Position numbers and translations under genes: made by a program
From: an uncultured Bacteroidales bacterium
Lineage (GTDB): Bacteria > Bacteroidota > Bacteroidia > Bacteroidales > CAIWKO01
Length of the DNA: 64,000 nt
NCBI GenBank assembly: GCA_964469155.1
Contig: CAYXXU010000006.1
Span: forward strand, 7,591 to 71,590
Direction of reading: 5' to 3'
The notes under the pieces: generated by a model
Told to the model about the DNA's origin: nothing
Seen by the model: only the letters and a program-made list of their open reading frames with translations
Databases searched by the model: none
In this document: one piece after another, positions 9,483 to 19,737 of the stretch
Layout: every line of letters begins with the position of its first letter
Numbering within the stretch: the first letter of the stretch is position 1

Positions 9483-10310
9483 TTAAAGCTTAATAATTTT
9501 CTTAACTATCCTATCATCCCTGCGTATCATCACCATGAAATAATTGCCTGTAGCATATTCTTTCAGGTCGAGGGAAAACTTATTGCGCCCGGACTGCAGT
9601 TGTTCGGTTCTTTCGAGCAATATCTTGTAGGTATCGTCGTAAAGTTGCAAACGAATCTCTTCCGCCAGCTTTACATCCATTACTATTTCTACCAGACCAT
9701 TGGTGGGGTTGGGATAGACTTCTGTCAGGGTCCACTCGTCCGTGGGATACTGAGCATCCACTTCTGCAGGGCTCAACAGCAGGGTATCATTGGGCAGCAG
9801 TATGGGATTGGGGCTGATCTCGTTGCTATCTGCAGGCGGCTGCAACGGTGGATCTACCTTATCAGCAACTACTGCTGCTTTCGGCAATTTCAGATTCACC
9901 TGATAGCGACAGGTTTTTTCCACCTGCCATTGGCCACGGGGATCGCCACGCTGAAAATCTTCGTAGGCCAGCCGCAGGGAAGTATCTTTAGGAAGGTAGT
10001 CACCTCCCCCTGCCCTACCATCCATATCTTCCGCAGTAAAATAATACGTATTGTCAATGGTCCATCGGTTCATCTCAAATTCGAAATGCCCCAGGCTGTC
10101 GCTTTGGGTGGTGACTTTAGGATTGTCATGACTTTTCATGGAAACTTTAATGTTTTCAATGGGCACCTTACTCAGCAAGTCGTTGATGTTTCCGTTGATC
10201 TTATAAATGGTCTCAACAACGCCGTATTGTGCGGCCACTGTAGCCGAAAAACCAAAGATCATGGCCAGCAGCGAGGCCAATGCTTTCAGCAGGTAGTATT
10301 TTTTAGTCAT
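9483..10310 (-). CDS. Secreted protein: rSAM-associated-lipoprotein-like domain, Pro-rich linker, T9SS type A sorting domain
   Basis: C-terminal VYPNPTNG...GNYFMVM..KIIKL; N-terminal QYG..KING..PIENIKV..EDMDG..GGDYLPKDT. Confidence 0.75.
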   Translation of the reverse strand: MTKKYYLLKALASLLAMIFGFSATVAAQYGVVETIYKINGNINDLLSKVPIENIKVSMKSHDNPKVTTQSDSLGHFEFEMNRWTIDNTYYFTAEDMDGRAGGGDYLPKDTSLRLAYEDFQRGDPRGQWQVEKTCRYQVNLKLPKAAVVADKVDPPLQPPADSNEISPNPILLPNDTLLLSPAEVDAQYPTDEWTLTEVYPNPTNGLVEIVMDVKLAEEIRLQLYDDTYKILLERTEQLQSGRNKFSLDLKEYATGNYFMVMIRRDDRIVKKIIKL

Positions 10311-10544
10311 GTTTTTTGGGGTTGTTATGGGATTTAGATGGTTTGAAGGGGGAAAGGTTTAATTTGGATTGGAATATTATGTCGGAAGACTTAAGAAGAC
10401 CGAAGTTCGAAAACTATCAGCTTTGAGGAAAAAGCCGGATAGGCCTGGTTTGAAAAATAAATTATACACCTGTCGGTTTGTTTTTGTTTGAAAAAAATAA
10501 TTTCTTACATTTGCTACATTAAATACCCCCCAAAAATTAATGTC

Positions 10545-11177
10545 ATGGCTCCATTAGATTCAGATTTGAAGTACCGTGCATTGGTTGTAATTGGAATGCC
10601 CAAAAAAGTGAACGACTATATTCCCTGGGCAATAGCCACGCACGACAAAATGAAGGCAAACCCGCGTTTTGCAGCTTTACTGCCCAAGCTGGCCACCTTT
10701 GAAACGGATACAAAGAACCTGCGCGATGCACAAAATGGCTGTACTTCAAAGCCTCCTACCGTAAGCACCGAAACCCGAAACTATTATTGGAGATTAAGCA
10801 AAACCGATATCAGGATTCTGAAAGTCAATGTACAGGAAATGGCCGACCTTGACCCACGAAATGCTTCGGTTATAATTACAGATGCCGGTTTTGAAGTCAA
10901 ACAGGTGGCTATACGTCATAAGCAAAAAAACATGGCGGTTGATGGAGCCGAGGAAGGCGAAGTGAAATTGATTGCCGCAGGTCGTGGTCCTCACAACTGG
11001 CGCGTGAGCTATGACCAGGAAAACTGGACCGTACTATTAGCCAGCAAAACCAGTTTAAAAATATCCAAAGGCAATACGCCCGGCGAGGTGCTGTATTTTC
11101 AGAACAGCTTGCTGGTTGATGAAAGCAAATCGCCTGAATGGAGCCCAAGCATCAGGGTCGTAGTTAAAAAACATTAA
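10545..11177 (+). CDS. Hypothetical protein, helical N-domain plus FN3-like C-domain
   Basis: TACATTTG promoter at 10506-10513 before ATG 10545; beta-rich C-terminus with NWRVSYD..W, TPGEVLYF, EWSP. Confidence 0.75.
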   Translation: MAPLDSDLKYRALVVIGMPKKVNDYIPWAIATHDKMKANPRFAALLPKLATFETDTKNLRDAQNGCTSKPPTVSTETRNYYWRLSKTDIRILKVNVQEMADLDPRNASVIITDAGFEVKQVAIRHKQKNMAVDGAEEGEVKLIAAGRGPHNWRVSYDQENWTVLLASKTSLKISKGNTPGEVLYFQNSLLVDESKSPEWSPSIRVVVKKH

Positions 11178-11270
11178 TTGGTTTTACGGTAAGATTTTAG
11201 TCTCAGATTGTTCATGAGAGTGCAGACAAATCCAATGCCTGCTTGCTGATTTTTTATTGTAACAACCTAC

Positions 11271-11501
11271 TTTCAAATTACCGAACCATCATTTCAATTC
11301 ACCGAAGGATCGTTTCAAATCATCGAGTGGTCGTTTTAAATTACCAAAGGGTTGTTTTAAATCATCGAGCAGTCGTTTTAAATTACCGAACGATCATTTC
11401 AAATCACCGAACGCTCGTTTCAAATCATCGAGTGGTCGTTTCAAATTTCCTAAGGGTTGTTTACAATTTCCGAACGATCGTTTTAAATCACCGAACCTAA
11501 A
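11271..11501. repeat. Tandem array of about 11 x 21-bp units, consensus TTTYAAATCACCGAACGATCG
   Basis: Units at 11271, 11292 ... 11481 with no indels. Confidence 0.9.
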
Positions 11502-11730
11502 AATGAAATCACCGAGCCTTAATTTAAAATTTAGTAGCGATGATGTAAAACTAAGGCATTGGGATGCATTGGGAGGCATGATGAGCAGAAGGGTGAAAAG
11601 AAGTTAAATAAAATCCACTTTGAATGATTTGTTGAAATGTTTTTCTTCTTTTGAGGTATATATTTTGTCGATGAAGTTTGTCAAAGAATAGGAGGAAGTG
11701 AGTAGTTGATAACGAATAGTTAATAGTTTA

Positions 11731-11833
11731 AAAAGGCTTGTTCCGAACAGGGCAGGCCTCTTACTCCGATCGGGGAAATGCTTTCCCCGTGTTCTCTTAA
11801 CAGAAAAGGCTTGTCAGCAAAGGGCAGGCCTTT
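11731..11833. repeat. BIME/REP-like triple-hairpin element
   Basis: Direct repeats AAAAGGCTTG-N8/9-AGGGCAGGCCT at 11731-11759 and 11804-11831 flank hairpin CGGGGAAA-TGC-TTTCCCCG (11771-11789). Confidence 0.65.
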
Positions 11834-11937
11834 AACTTTTAGGCATTCAGCTACAAATCCAAAAGATATTTTCCCTCCCCTTTTGCCAATCGGCCAATAA
11901 TCATTAATTTTGAAGAAGATTATTCAAACAGCAAAAC

Positions 11938-13680
11938 ATGAAACTATCCGATATCGACAGCGCTATTCTGGCAAAGGCCCAACTCTGGACGGGCGAAAAC
12001 TTCGACGCCGAAACCCGCCAACAGGTCAGGCAACTGATGGACGAAAACCCCGCCGAACTTTTTGAATCCTTCTATACTGACCTCGAATTCGGTACAGGCG
12101 GTCTGCGCGGCATCATGGGCGTGGGAAGCAACCGCATGAATAAATATACCGTGGGCATGGCTACACAGGGGCTGGCCCACTATGTGAATAAGATGTTCGC
12201 CGGCAAAACACAGAATAAAATTGCCATCGCTTACGATTCCCGCAACAATAGCAAATACTTTGCACAAATTGCCGCTGAAATCCTATCGGCCAACGATTGT
12301 AAGGTATACCTGTTCTCAAACCTCCGTCCTACGCCTGAACTATCGTTTGCCATTCGTTATCTGGGCTGCCAGAGCGGTATAGTCATCACGGCTTCTCACA
12401 ATCCCAAAGAGTACAACGGTTATAAAGTGTATTGGGACGATGGCGGGCAGTTGGTCAATCCTCACGACAAAAATGTGATAGAAGAAGTGCGTAAAATCAC
12501 CTCTCCCGAACTGGTTAAGTTCACGGCAAAACCCGAAAATATTGAACTGATAGGAGCAGCGGTTGATACCGCTTATCTTTCAAGAGTAAAAAAACTGTCG
12601 TTCATCCCCGAACTGATCAAAAAGAACCATGATTTCAGCATAGTTTACACTGCCCTGCATGGCACCGGAATTACTTTGGTTCCCCAGGCACTGAAGGAAT
12701 ATGGCTTTGGGAACATTACTCTGGTGGAAGAGCAGGCCATACCCGACGGCAACTTCCCTACTTTACAATCGCCCAATCCCGAAGAAAAAGCAGCCCTGTC
12801 TATGGCTATGGAAAAAGCCGTAAAAATCAACGCCGACCTGGTGCTGGCCACCGACCCCGATGCCGACCGCGTGGGCATTGCTGTGAAAAACGACAAAGGT
12901 GAATTTGTGCTGCTGAATGGTAATCAAACCGCATCTTTGCTGATCTATTACCTGCTTACACAGTGGAAAAGAGAGGGTAAACTGCAGGGCAAGGAATTCA
13001 TAGTTAAGACCATAGTCACCAGCGAACTGCTGGCAGAGATGGCTAAGAAATTCGGGGTGGAGTATTTTGATGTGCTGACGGGATTCAAATATATTGCCGG
13101 GATCATTCAGAATTTGCAGGGAATCAAAACTTTTATTGGCGGAGGCGAAGAAAGTTATGGCTATCTGGTGAGCGATTTTGTGCGCGATAAGGATGCGGTT
13201 ATTTCATGCTGCATGATAGCCGAAACGGCCGTGTTTGCCAAAGAGCGGGGCATGTCACTATACTCTTTGCTGCTTGAGATATATAAGGAGTATGGCATGT
13301 ATTACGAAAGCCTGTTGTCAATCACCAAAAAAGGCAAATCCGGTGCTGACGAAATAAAACAAATGATGGCTGATTTCCGCAGCAAGCCGCCGAAAACCAT
13401 AAACCAATCGAAAGTGGTCATGATAAAAGATTATCAACTGCAAAAAGAGATGAACATGGTTGATCAATCTGTCAAGGCCATTGAAATGCCCAAATCGGAT
13501 GTGTTGCAGTTCTTCACAGAAGATGGCAGTAAGATCACGGTGCGTCCTTCAGGCACCGAGCCCAAGATCAAATTCTATTTTGGCATCAAAGCCAAACTGA
13601 AAAATATTGCAGATTTCGAAATAACCGAAGCGAAATGTAGGGATAAAATCGAAAAAATCAAGTTGGATCTATCCTTATAG
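11938..13680 (+). CDS. pgm: Phosphoglucomutase/phosphomannomutase
   Basis: EFGTGGLRG, ITASHNP, DPDADR, GGEESYG, RPSGTEPKIKFY; promoter TAATTTTG at 11905-11912. Confidence 0.95.
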   Translation: MKLSDIDSAILAKAQLWTGENFDAETRQQVRQLMDENPAELFESFYTDLEFGTGGLRGIMGVGSNRMNKYTVGMATQGLAHYVNKMFAGKTQNKIAIAYDSRNNSKYFAQIAAEILSANDCKVYLFSNLRPTPELSFAIRYLGCQSGIVITASHNPKEYNGYKVYWDDGGQLVNPHDKNVIEEVRKITSPELVKFTAKPENIELIGAAVDTAYLSRVKKLSFIPELIKKNHDFSIVYTALHGTGITLVPQALKEYGFGNITLVEEQAIPDGNFPTLQSPNPEEKAALSMAMEKAVKINADLVLATDPDADRVGIAVKNDKGEFVLLNGNQTASLLIYYLLTQWKREGKLQGKEFIVKTIVTSELLAEMAKKFGVEYFDVLTGFKYIAGIIQNLQGIKTFIGGGEESYGYLVSDFVRDKDAVISCCMIAETAVFAKERGMSLYSLLLEIYKEYGMYYESLLSITKKGKSGADEIKQMMADFRSKPPKTINQSKVVMIKDYQLQKEMNMVDQSVKAIEMPKSDVLQFFTEDGSKITVRPSGTEPKIKFYFGIKAKLKNIADFEITEAKCRDKIEKIKLDLSL

Positions 13681-13695
13681 ACCCTGATATTCCTG

Positions 13696-14409
13696 CTATA
13701 TCCCTTGTATATTTCGATCAATCAGGTCATCATCCTGGTCATTGGACAAGATGCGGCTCGAGGCATCCACTGTTTTTCTGGATTCCATAACTATCCACAA
13801 AACCGTGATACTTGCAATGGCCCCGAAAAAACACCAGACGGATATCACCTGTCCGAAGAAGAAGATACGCGAGAACATGTATGAACCTATATTGATAATC
13901 CCCAGCACCCACATACGTTTCACACTCGAAACCATCATGGAGACAACTGTGGGTATCAGATACAGCAAACCGAAAAACCATGCAAACGGAGGTTTATAAT
14001 CATACGTATAATTCACGTGATATTTCGCTATCGAAGCATCTACATTGTGAAACAGCATCACATAAATAAAGCCGCCTGCCATGAAAATGCCAATGGCCTG
14101 AAATACCAAAAGTATTTTTTTTCTGGTCTTGTTCTTCTCCTGCAAATACATACTTAATGGAATGAACAGGGGCCAGACAAGCCAGGCAAAAATCAAAAAA
14201 CCTATGGTCAGGGGATATTTCCACGAAACATAGGCACCGTTTCTCAGCACCACCCAGAGGAAACCTTCAATGAATTGTTGCAATGCAAAGAACAAAGGAA
14301 TAAGTGCAAATACTTTTTGAGGCAGGGTTACTGATTTTCTATAGGCAACCAAGCCCACCATGGATATAACCGCACTGGCACCAAAACTCGCTTCTGCTGA
14401 AAAACACAT
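13696..14409 (-). CDS. DUF6629-like integral membrane protein
   Basis: Starts MCFSAEASF; PLFFALQQFIEG and SVWCFFGA motifs; multiple TMs. Confidence 0.75.
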   Translation of the reverse strand: MCFSAEASFGASAVISMVGLVAYRKSVTLPQKVFALIPLFFALQQFIEGFLWVVLRNGAYVSWKYPLTIGFLIFAWLVWPLFIPLSMYLQEKNKTRKKILLVFQAIGIFMAGGFIYVMLFHNVDASIAKYHVNYTYDYKPPFAWFFGLLYLIPTVVSMMVSSVKRMWVLGIINIGSYMFSRIFFFGQVISVWCFFGAIASITVLWIVMESRKTVDASSRILSNDQDDDLIDRNIQGI

Positions 14410-14684
14410 AATTTCTTTTTTATGCAAATTAATAAAAAAAATACCATTCCCAAAAATACTATTTATCACAATGGTCTATTTGAATAATAATATTTGATGT
14501 ATCGAAAAATTAAAGTCATTAAATACAAGGATTTACTCAATATTAATGATTACCTTTGCATCGATTTAATAATTTAAGTGATTTCAGGGAAGCCATTCAG
14601 CTTCATATTCCGTCTGTATTCAGACCTATCTAAAGGGAACATCAGCAAATCAAGCCCCGAAGCACAAAACCTTTCATAAAAAAA

Positions 14685-16481
14685 ATGACAACATTCGAAG
14701 AATTAGGAATTGAACCAAAAATTCAACGGGCAATACTTGAACTTGGATTTGAGCATCCTATGCCCGTCCAGGAACAAGTAATTCCATTAATGCTCAACAA
14801 ACGTAACGATATCATTGCTATGGCACAAACGGGCACCGGCAAAACGGCAGCTTTCGGTCTGCCATTGATTCAGGAAGCCATTCCAGGCACTAAATACCCT
14901 CATGCACTCGTATTGTGTCCCACCCGCGAACTCTGCATGCAGATAGCCGGCGACCTCAACGATTATGCTTTACACATCAACGACCTTAAGGTGCTTCCCG
15001 TTTACGGAGGTTCCAGTATCGAAACCCAGATCACTGCACTGAAAAAAGGGGTGCAGATCATAGTAGCCACCCCGGGTCGATTGTTAGACCTTATCGAACG
15101 CAGGGTGGTAAAACTTTCTGAAGTTACGCGAGTAGTGCTCGACGAGGCCGACGAAATGCTCAATATGGGCTTTCTCGATAGTATTGATGCTATCCTGGCT
15201 CAGGTTCCGGACGGCCGCAACACCTTACTGTTCTCTGCTACCATGCCACAGGAGATAGTCACTATCTCGAAAAAATACATGTCGAATCCTATCGAAGTTA
15301 CCATTGGAAAACGCAATGCAGGCGCCGAAAACATCAAGCATATCTGCTATACCGTTCACGCCAGGGATAAATACCTGCTGTTGAAACGTATTGCCGATTA
15401 CAACCCCGATATTTATGGTATTGTTTTTTGCCGTACCCGTAAAGAAACCCAGGAAGTGGCCGATAAACTGATACAGGATGGTTATAATGCTGATTCACTG
15501 CATGGCGACCTGTCGCAACCCATGCGCGATATGGTGATGCAGAAGTTCCGCCTGCGTAATATCCGTTTGCTGGTGGCTACCGATGTGGCTGCCCGCGGCC
15601 TGGATGTTGACGATCTGACACACGTTATCAATTTTCAGCTACCTGACGATCCGGAAGTATATACCCATCGCAGCGGACGAACCGGTCGTGCCGGAAAAAC
15701 AGGTATTTCAATTGCCATTGTGAATCTGAAAGAGAAATTTCTGATACGCCAAATTGAGAAAAAAATTAATAAAACATTTATTAATAGTAAAATTCCCAGT
15801 GGACGCGAAATTTGTGAAAAACAATTGTTCTCCCTTATCGACAAAATGGAAAAGGTCGAGATCGATCATTCCGAGATCGACACCTACCTTCCTGTGATCT
15901 TTCGAAAACTGGAGTGGCTGGATAAAGAGGAAGTGATCAAAAGATTTGTTTCGCTACAGTTTAATAAATTCCTGGACTATTACCGGACCGCCGCTGAGAT
16001 CAAGGTTCCTGAAGACCATGGCAGAAACAGCCAGGATGCAGGCGATCGCGACGGGCGTCGCAGAAACAGAAAAGACCGCGACGATTCCGGTTCCAGAGAA
16101 AGATCTTTCGATAGAGGCTCTGACAGAGGATTTGACAGGTCCTCAGACAGAGGATTTGACAGATCCTCTGAAAAATCTTCTGATTTCTCAAAGATGTTTA
16201 TCAATATCGGAAAGATGGATGGTATTAATCCCCGCCAGATCATCGACCTGATCAATTTCAACACTCCGGGCAAAAAGGTAGGCATAGGCCGTATCGATCT
16301 GATGAAGACCTTTTCGTTCTTCGAAATTGAAAACTCCTATGCACACGAAATTATCCGCTTACTGAAAAATAAAAAGCATAACGACCGTAAACTAAATATA
16401 GGATTTGCCAACGAAAAAGATTTTGGAGACTCATCCTCAAAACCAAAAAGATACTCCCGCGACAAAAGAAGGGAAAGATAA
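14685..16481 (+). CDS. deaD: DEAD-box RNA helicase with C-terminal DbpA-type RNA-binding domain
   Basis: AQTGTGKT, PTREL, DEAD, SAT, HRSGRTGRAG; promoter TACCTTTG at 14551-14558. Confidence 0.93.
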   Translation: MTTFEELGIEPKIQRAILELGFEHPMPVQEQVIPLMLNKRNDIIAMAQTGTGKTAAFGLPLIQEAIPGTKYPHALVLCPTRELCMQIAGDLNDYALHINDLKVLPVYGGSSIETQITALKKGVQIIVATPGRLLDLIERRVVKLSEVTRVVLDEADEMLNMGFLDSIDAILAQVPDGRNTLLFSATMPQEIVTISKKYMSNPIEVTIGKRNAGAENIKHICYTVHARDKYLLLKRIADYNPDIYGIVFCRTRKETQEVADKLIQDGYNADSLHGDLSQPMRDMVMQKFRLRNIRLLVATDVAARGLDVDDLTHVINFQLPDDPEVYTHRSGRTGRAGKTGISIAIVNLKEKFLIRQIEKKINKTFINSKIPSGREICEKQLFSLIDKMEKVEIDHSEIDTYLPVIFRKLEWLDKEEVIKRFVSLQFNKFLDYYRTAAEIKVPEDHGRNSQDAGDRDGRRRNRKDRDDSGSRERSFDRGSDRGFDRSSDRGFDRSSEKSSDFSKMFINIGKMDGINPRQIIDLINFNTPGKKVGIGRIDLMKTFSFFEIENSYAHEIIRLLKNKKHNDRKLNIGFANEKDFGDSSSKPKRYSRDKRRER

Positions 16482-16489
16482 AATATGGC

Positions 16490-16525
16490 AAAAAAAAAGC
16501 CCGTCGTTTTGCGACGGGCTTTTTA
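16490..16525. terminator. Bidirectional intrinsic terminator
   Basis: A-tract, AGCCCGTCG/CGACGGGCT stem and T-tract between convergent deaD and csp. Confidence 0.9.
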
Positions 16526-16548
16526 CATTTTGCAAAATGTGTAGATTT

Positions 16549-16740
16549 CTAGTCTCTTTTAACATTTACAGCGTTCAGTCCTTTTTTGCCTTCCTGCAAT
16601 TCAAAACTTACGATATCGCCTTCTTTGATCTTGTCGATCAGGCCTGATGCATGTACAAAATATTCTTTATCGGATTCGTCGTCTTTGATAAATCCAAAAC
16701 CTTTTAATTCATTGAAGAATTTTACTGTTCCTTTTTTCAT
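16549..16740 (-). CDS. cspA: Cold-shock protein
   Basis: GTVKFFN..KGFGFI, YFVHASGL (RNP1/RNP2); promoter TATCTTTG at 16771-16778. Confidence 0.95.
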   Translation of the reverse strand: MKKGTVKFFNELKGFGFIKDDESDKEYFVHASGLIDKIKEGDIVSFELQEGKKGLNAVNVKRD

Positions 16741-16906
16741 TGTGATGTTAAATTGTAATTAAATTATTTGCAAAGATATACAAATAAAACTTCACAACAA
16801 CAAAAAAATAAATAAAATCTTACAAAAAAAATAAAGGCTTTAAAAAAAGAAGGTTTTAACCCTGGGATATTCGGAAACTTTACAACAATTATCCGCCATA
16901 TCATGC

Positions 16907-19570
16907 TCATTCCACCACAGTCAAAATTCCTCTCAAGCGGATATCTTTGCACGAAGCACCTATCATGATGCGGAAGTCACCGGTCTCCACTGTCTTTTTC
17001 ATATTGAGGTCCCACATGGAGAGTAGTTCAGGAGTAATCATAAAACTCACGGTCTTGCTTTCGCCGGGTTTCAGATGTATGCGCTGAAAGCCCTTAAGCT
17101 CGGTTATGGGCCGGGCCACCGAGGCCAGTTCGTCCCTAAGGTACAGCTGAACTACTTCGTCTCCTTCTGTTTTGCCGGTATTGGTCACCGTGCATTTTAC
17201 CAGGGTGGAGTCGTTGGAAGCTATCTTATTCTTCACTATTTGCAGTCCTGAATATTCAAAGCTGGTATAGCTCATCCCATAGCCGAAAGGAAAAAGAGGC
17301 TGGCCTGTGAGATCATCATAATCATCTCCCCTGCCGGTTGGCTTGTGATTGTAAACCAAAGGAAGCTGTCCTTCCGTAAGCGGAAAAGTGATTGGTAAGC
17401 GTCCAGAGGGATTATAATCACCAAACAATACCTCCGCCACGGCATCACCTCCTTCTTCACCGGAATACCAGACATCTATAAGAGCAGGGATATTGTTCAA
17501 CCAGTTGTTCATGGTGATGGCGCTGCCTCCGACCAAAACTACTACCAGGGGTTTACCATTTTGCGAAAGTTTGTTGATGAGTTCTTCCTGCCGACCCGGA
17601 AGACCCAACAGTGCCCTGTCGCGAAACTCTCCTTCTTCAATGCCCACCACCACTATGGTCGCATCGCTTTTAGCCGCGAGAGCTGTGGCTTTGTCAATTT
17701 CCTGTGACTGATCGTCTGTGATGCCAAAGTTCCAAACCAAAGCCAAACGGGCATTACCGGTAGGTTCAAAATACTCTATGCGCAGGTTATATTCTTTGTC
17801 CTTTACGAAGGTAAAATCTTTGACCAGGGTTTGCTTGCTCACCTTTTTCCAGTCGTCTATCAGCAAAGTGTCGTTCACGTAAAGGCGATAACCGTCGTTG
17901 CCATCAATGCCAATCTTGTATGTACCCGAGGCAGGGGCTTTTAGTTTTCCTGTCCAGCGGACCGAATAGAAGTCATAGGTTAGCTTGTCGGGATCAGGGG
18001 AAAAGAGGGTCCACTGGAATTGAATCTGAGCATCGGTTCGGGTGAAAGCCGGGTTGCCGCTGAGGGTGATGTTGCTGAAATATTCGCCAAACAAACCCTT
18101 CTGTGTTTTGCCGTCGACACTGCATGACAGAAAATCAGAAGATACGGTTTGGTATTCTTTTAATACCCTGTCGCAGCCTTTGGCATAGGCTACTTCCACT
18201 TGCTTTCCCGCACGATTCTTTATGCCTTCCAGAATACTTACGGGTTGATTGCCCGGACCGCTGTAACCGCCCAGACGGGCTTCCGTGGCATCGGTCCCAA
18301 CGACAGCTATGCTGCGTATGTTCCCCGCAAGAGGAAGGGTGTTGTTCTCATTTTTCAATAAAACAATAGATTCCAGGGCAGCCTTTTTGGCCAGAAGACG
18401 GTGGGCGCTGACATCAGTGTTGTTGTCTGCTTTTTTGGTATCCACATAAGGATGATCGAAAAGCCCCAGCCGGAACTTGATGCGCAACACACGGGCCACG
18501 GCACTGTCGATGGTGTTTTGTGATATTCTTCCATCCTGAAAAGGAGGAAAAAAAAGCTTTTCGTGATCGATGGAGGTCTGAAAGATCACATCCAGGCCGG
18601 CATTTATGGATCTGACAGTAGATGAGGGATAATCGGCGGCTGTGAAATGCAGTACATTGGCTCCTCCGGTAGCTCCGGCATCGGAGATCACAAAACCTTT
18701 GAATCCCCATTCCTTTTTCAGCAGTTGGTTGAGCAGCCAGTCGCTGGCGGTGCAGGGACTTCCGTCGAGGGAATTGTAGGCCGTCATCACCGAAAGGGAA
18801 CCACCTCTTTTGATACAGGCTTCAAAAGGAGGCAAATAAATTTCGCGGAGCATGCGCTCGTTCCAATGAATGGGGTAAGAGTCGCGGCCGCCATCACCTA
18901 CGTTGGCTACGAAATGTTTGGGAGTGGTGATGATTCCCCTATTTTCGAATTCCGAAACAAAAGCCACAGCCATCTCCGAAACCAGGAAGGGATCCTCCCC
19001 ATAAGTCTCTTCGGTCCGTCCCCAACGGACATCGGTGGCCACGTTGACCACGGGCGAAAGCACCATGCGTATGCCACGAACCTTACATTCCGAAGCTATG
19101 GCAGCGGACACCTGATGCATGAGGGGAACATCCCAGGTTGCCGCCAACCCAATGGACTGAGGAAAGGCCGTTGCCCCACGGCGAACCAGTCCGTGAAGGG
19201 CCTCATCGAAGAGGATGATGGGAATACCCAGACGGGTTTGGTGAGTGAACCAGCGCTGCATTTCGTTGACCGCATCGGCCGTTTTCAGGGCGGAAGTACC
19301 GGGATTGGTATTGATGAGTTGTTGGGTGGCATCCTCATTCTGGACTATTTGAGTGATCTCGAAACCAAACAAACCTTCCTTATAAATGGCTTTGTCTTTG
19401 CCCAGATCGCCTGGGATCATAAAGAGCTGGCGGAACTTTTCTTTGGGCGTCATTCGCGAAAGAAGATCGTTGACCCTAACCTCTACCGTGGTCGTTGAAT
19501 CTTTGTAAAGCTGGGACTTAGCCTGAAAACCAATGAATGCAAAAAGCAATACAGGGAATATCTTTTTCAT
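16907..19570 (-). CDS. GH3 beta-glucosidase/xylosidase with PA14 insert and FN3-like C-terminus
   Basis: Signal peptide MKKIFPVLL (true start 19570), RWGRTEETYGEDP, KHF, VISD, PLFPFGYGMSY. Confidence 0.93.
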   Translation of the reverse strand: MKKIFPVLLFAFIGFQAKSQLYKDSTTTVEVRVNDLLSRMTPKEKFRQLFMIPGDLGKDKAIYKEGLFGFEITQIVQNEDATQQLINTNPGTSALKTADAVNEMQRWFTHQTRLGIPIILFDEALHGLVRRGATAFPQSIGLAATWDVPLMHQVSAAIASECKVRGIRMVLSPVVNVATDVRWGRTEETYGEDPFLVSEMAVAFVSEFENRGIITTPKHFVANVGDGGRDSYPIHWNERMLREIYLPPFEACIKRGGSLSVMTAYNSLDGSPCTASDWLLNQLLKKEWGFKGFVISDAGATGGANVLHFTAADYPSSTVRSINAGLDVIFQTSIDHEKLFFPPFQDGRISQNTIDSAVARVLRIKFRLGLFDHPYVDTKKADNNTDVSAHRLLAKKAALESIVLLKNENNTLPLAGNIRSIAVVGTDATEARLGGYSGPGNQPVSILEGIKNRAGKQVEVAYAKGCDRVLKEYQTVSSDFLSCSVDGKTQKGLFGEYFSNITLSGNPAFTRTDAQIQFQWTLFSPDPDKLTYDFYSVRWTGKLKAPASGTYKIGIDGNDGYRLYVNDTLLIDDWKKVSKQTLVKDFTFVKDKEYNLRIEYFEPTGNARLALVWNFGITDDQSQEIDKATALAAKSDATIVVVGIEEGEFRDRALLGLPGRQEELINKLSQNGKPLVVVLVGGSAITMNNWLNNIPALIDVWYSGEEGGDAVAEVLFGDYNPSGRLPITFPLTEGQLPLVYNHKPTGRGDDYDDLTGQPLFPFGYGMSYTSFEYSGLQIVKNKIASNDSTLVKCTVTNTGKTEGDEVVQLYLRDELASVARPITELKGFQRIHLKPGESKTVSFMITPELLSMWDLNMKKTVETGDFRIMIGASCKDIRLRGILTVVE

Positions 19571-19618
19571 GGTCAGGTTGTTTTTGAGAGGGTTTGGGAG
19601 GGCGAAGATAAGGAAAAA

Positions 19619-19716
19619 TGAGCCACTGGCCATGAGCCAATAGCTAATAGCCATGAGCCAATAGCCACAAGCCATGAGCCACTTGCCACGAGCCATAAGC
19701 CATGAGACAATAGCCA
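19619..19716. repeat. 14 x 7-bp tandem repeat (NNAGCCA)
   Basis: tgagcca ctggcca tgagcca atagcta atagcca ... read directly. Confidence 0.9.
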
Positions 19717-19737
19717 CATTAGAGTGAGTGTGCGATT

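Noticed and set aside
16100-16190. DRGFDRSS repeat in the DEAD-box helicase
   Set aside because: Ordinary low-complexity charged linker, common in DeaD C-termini.
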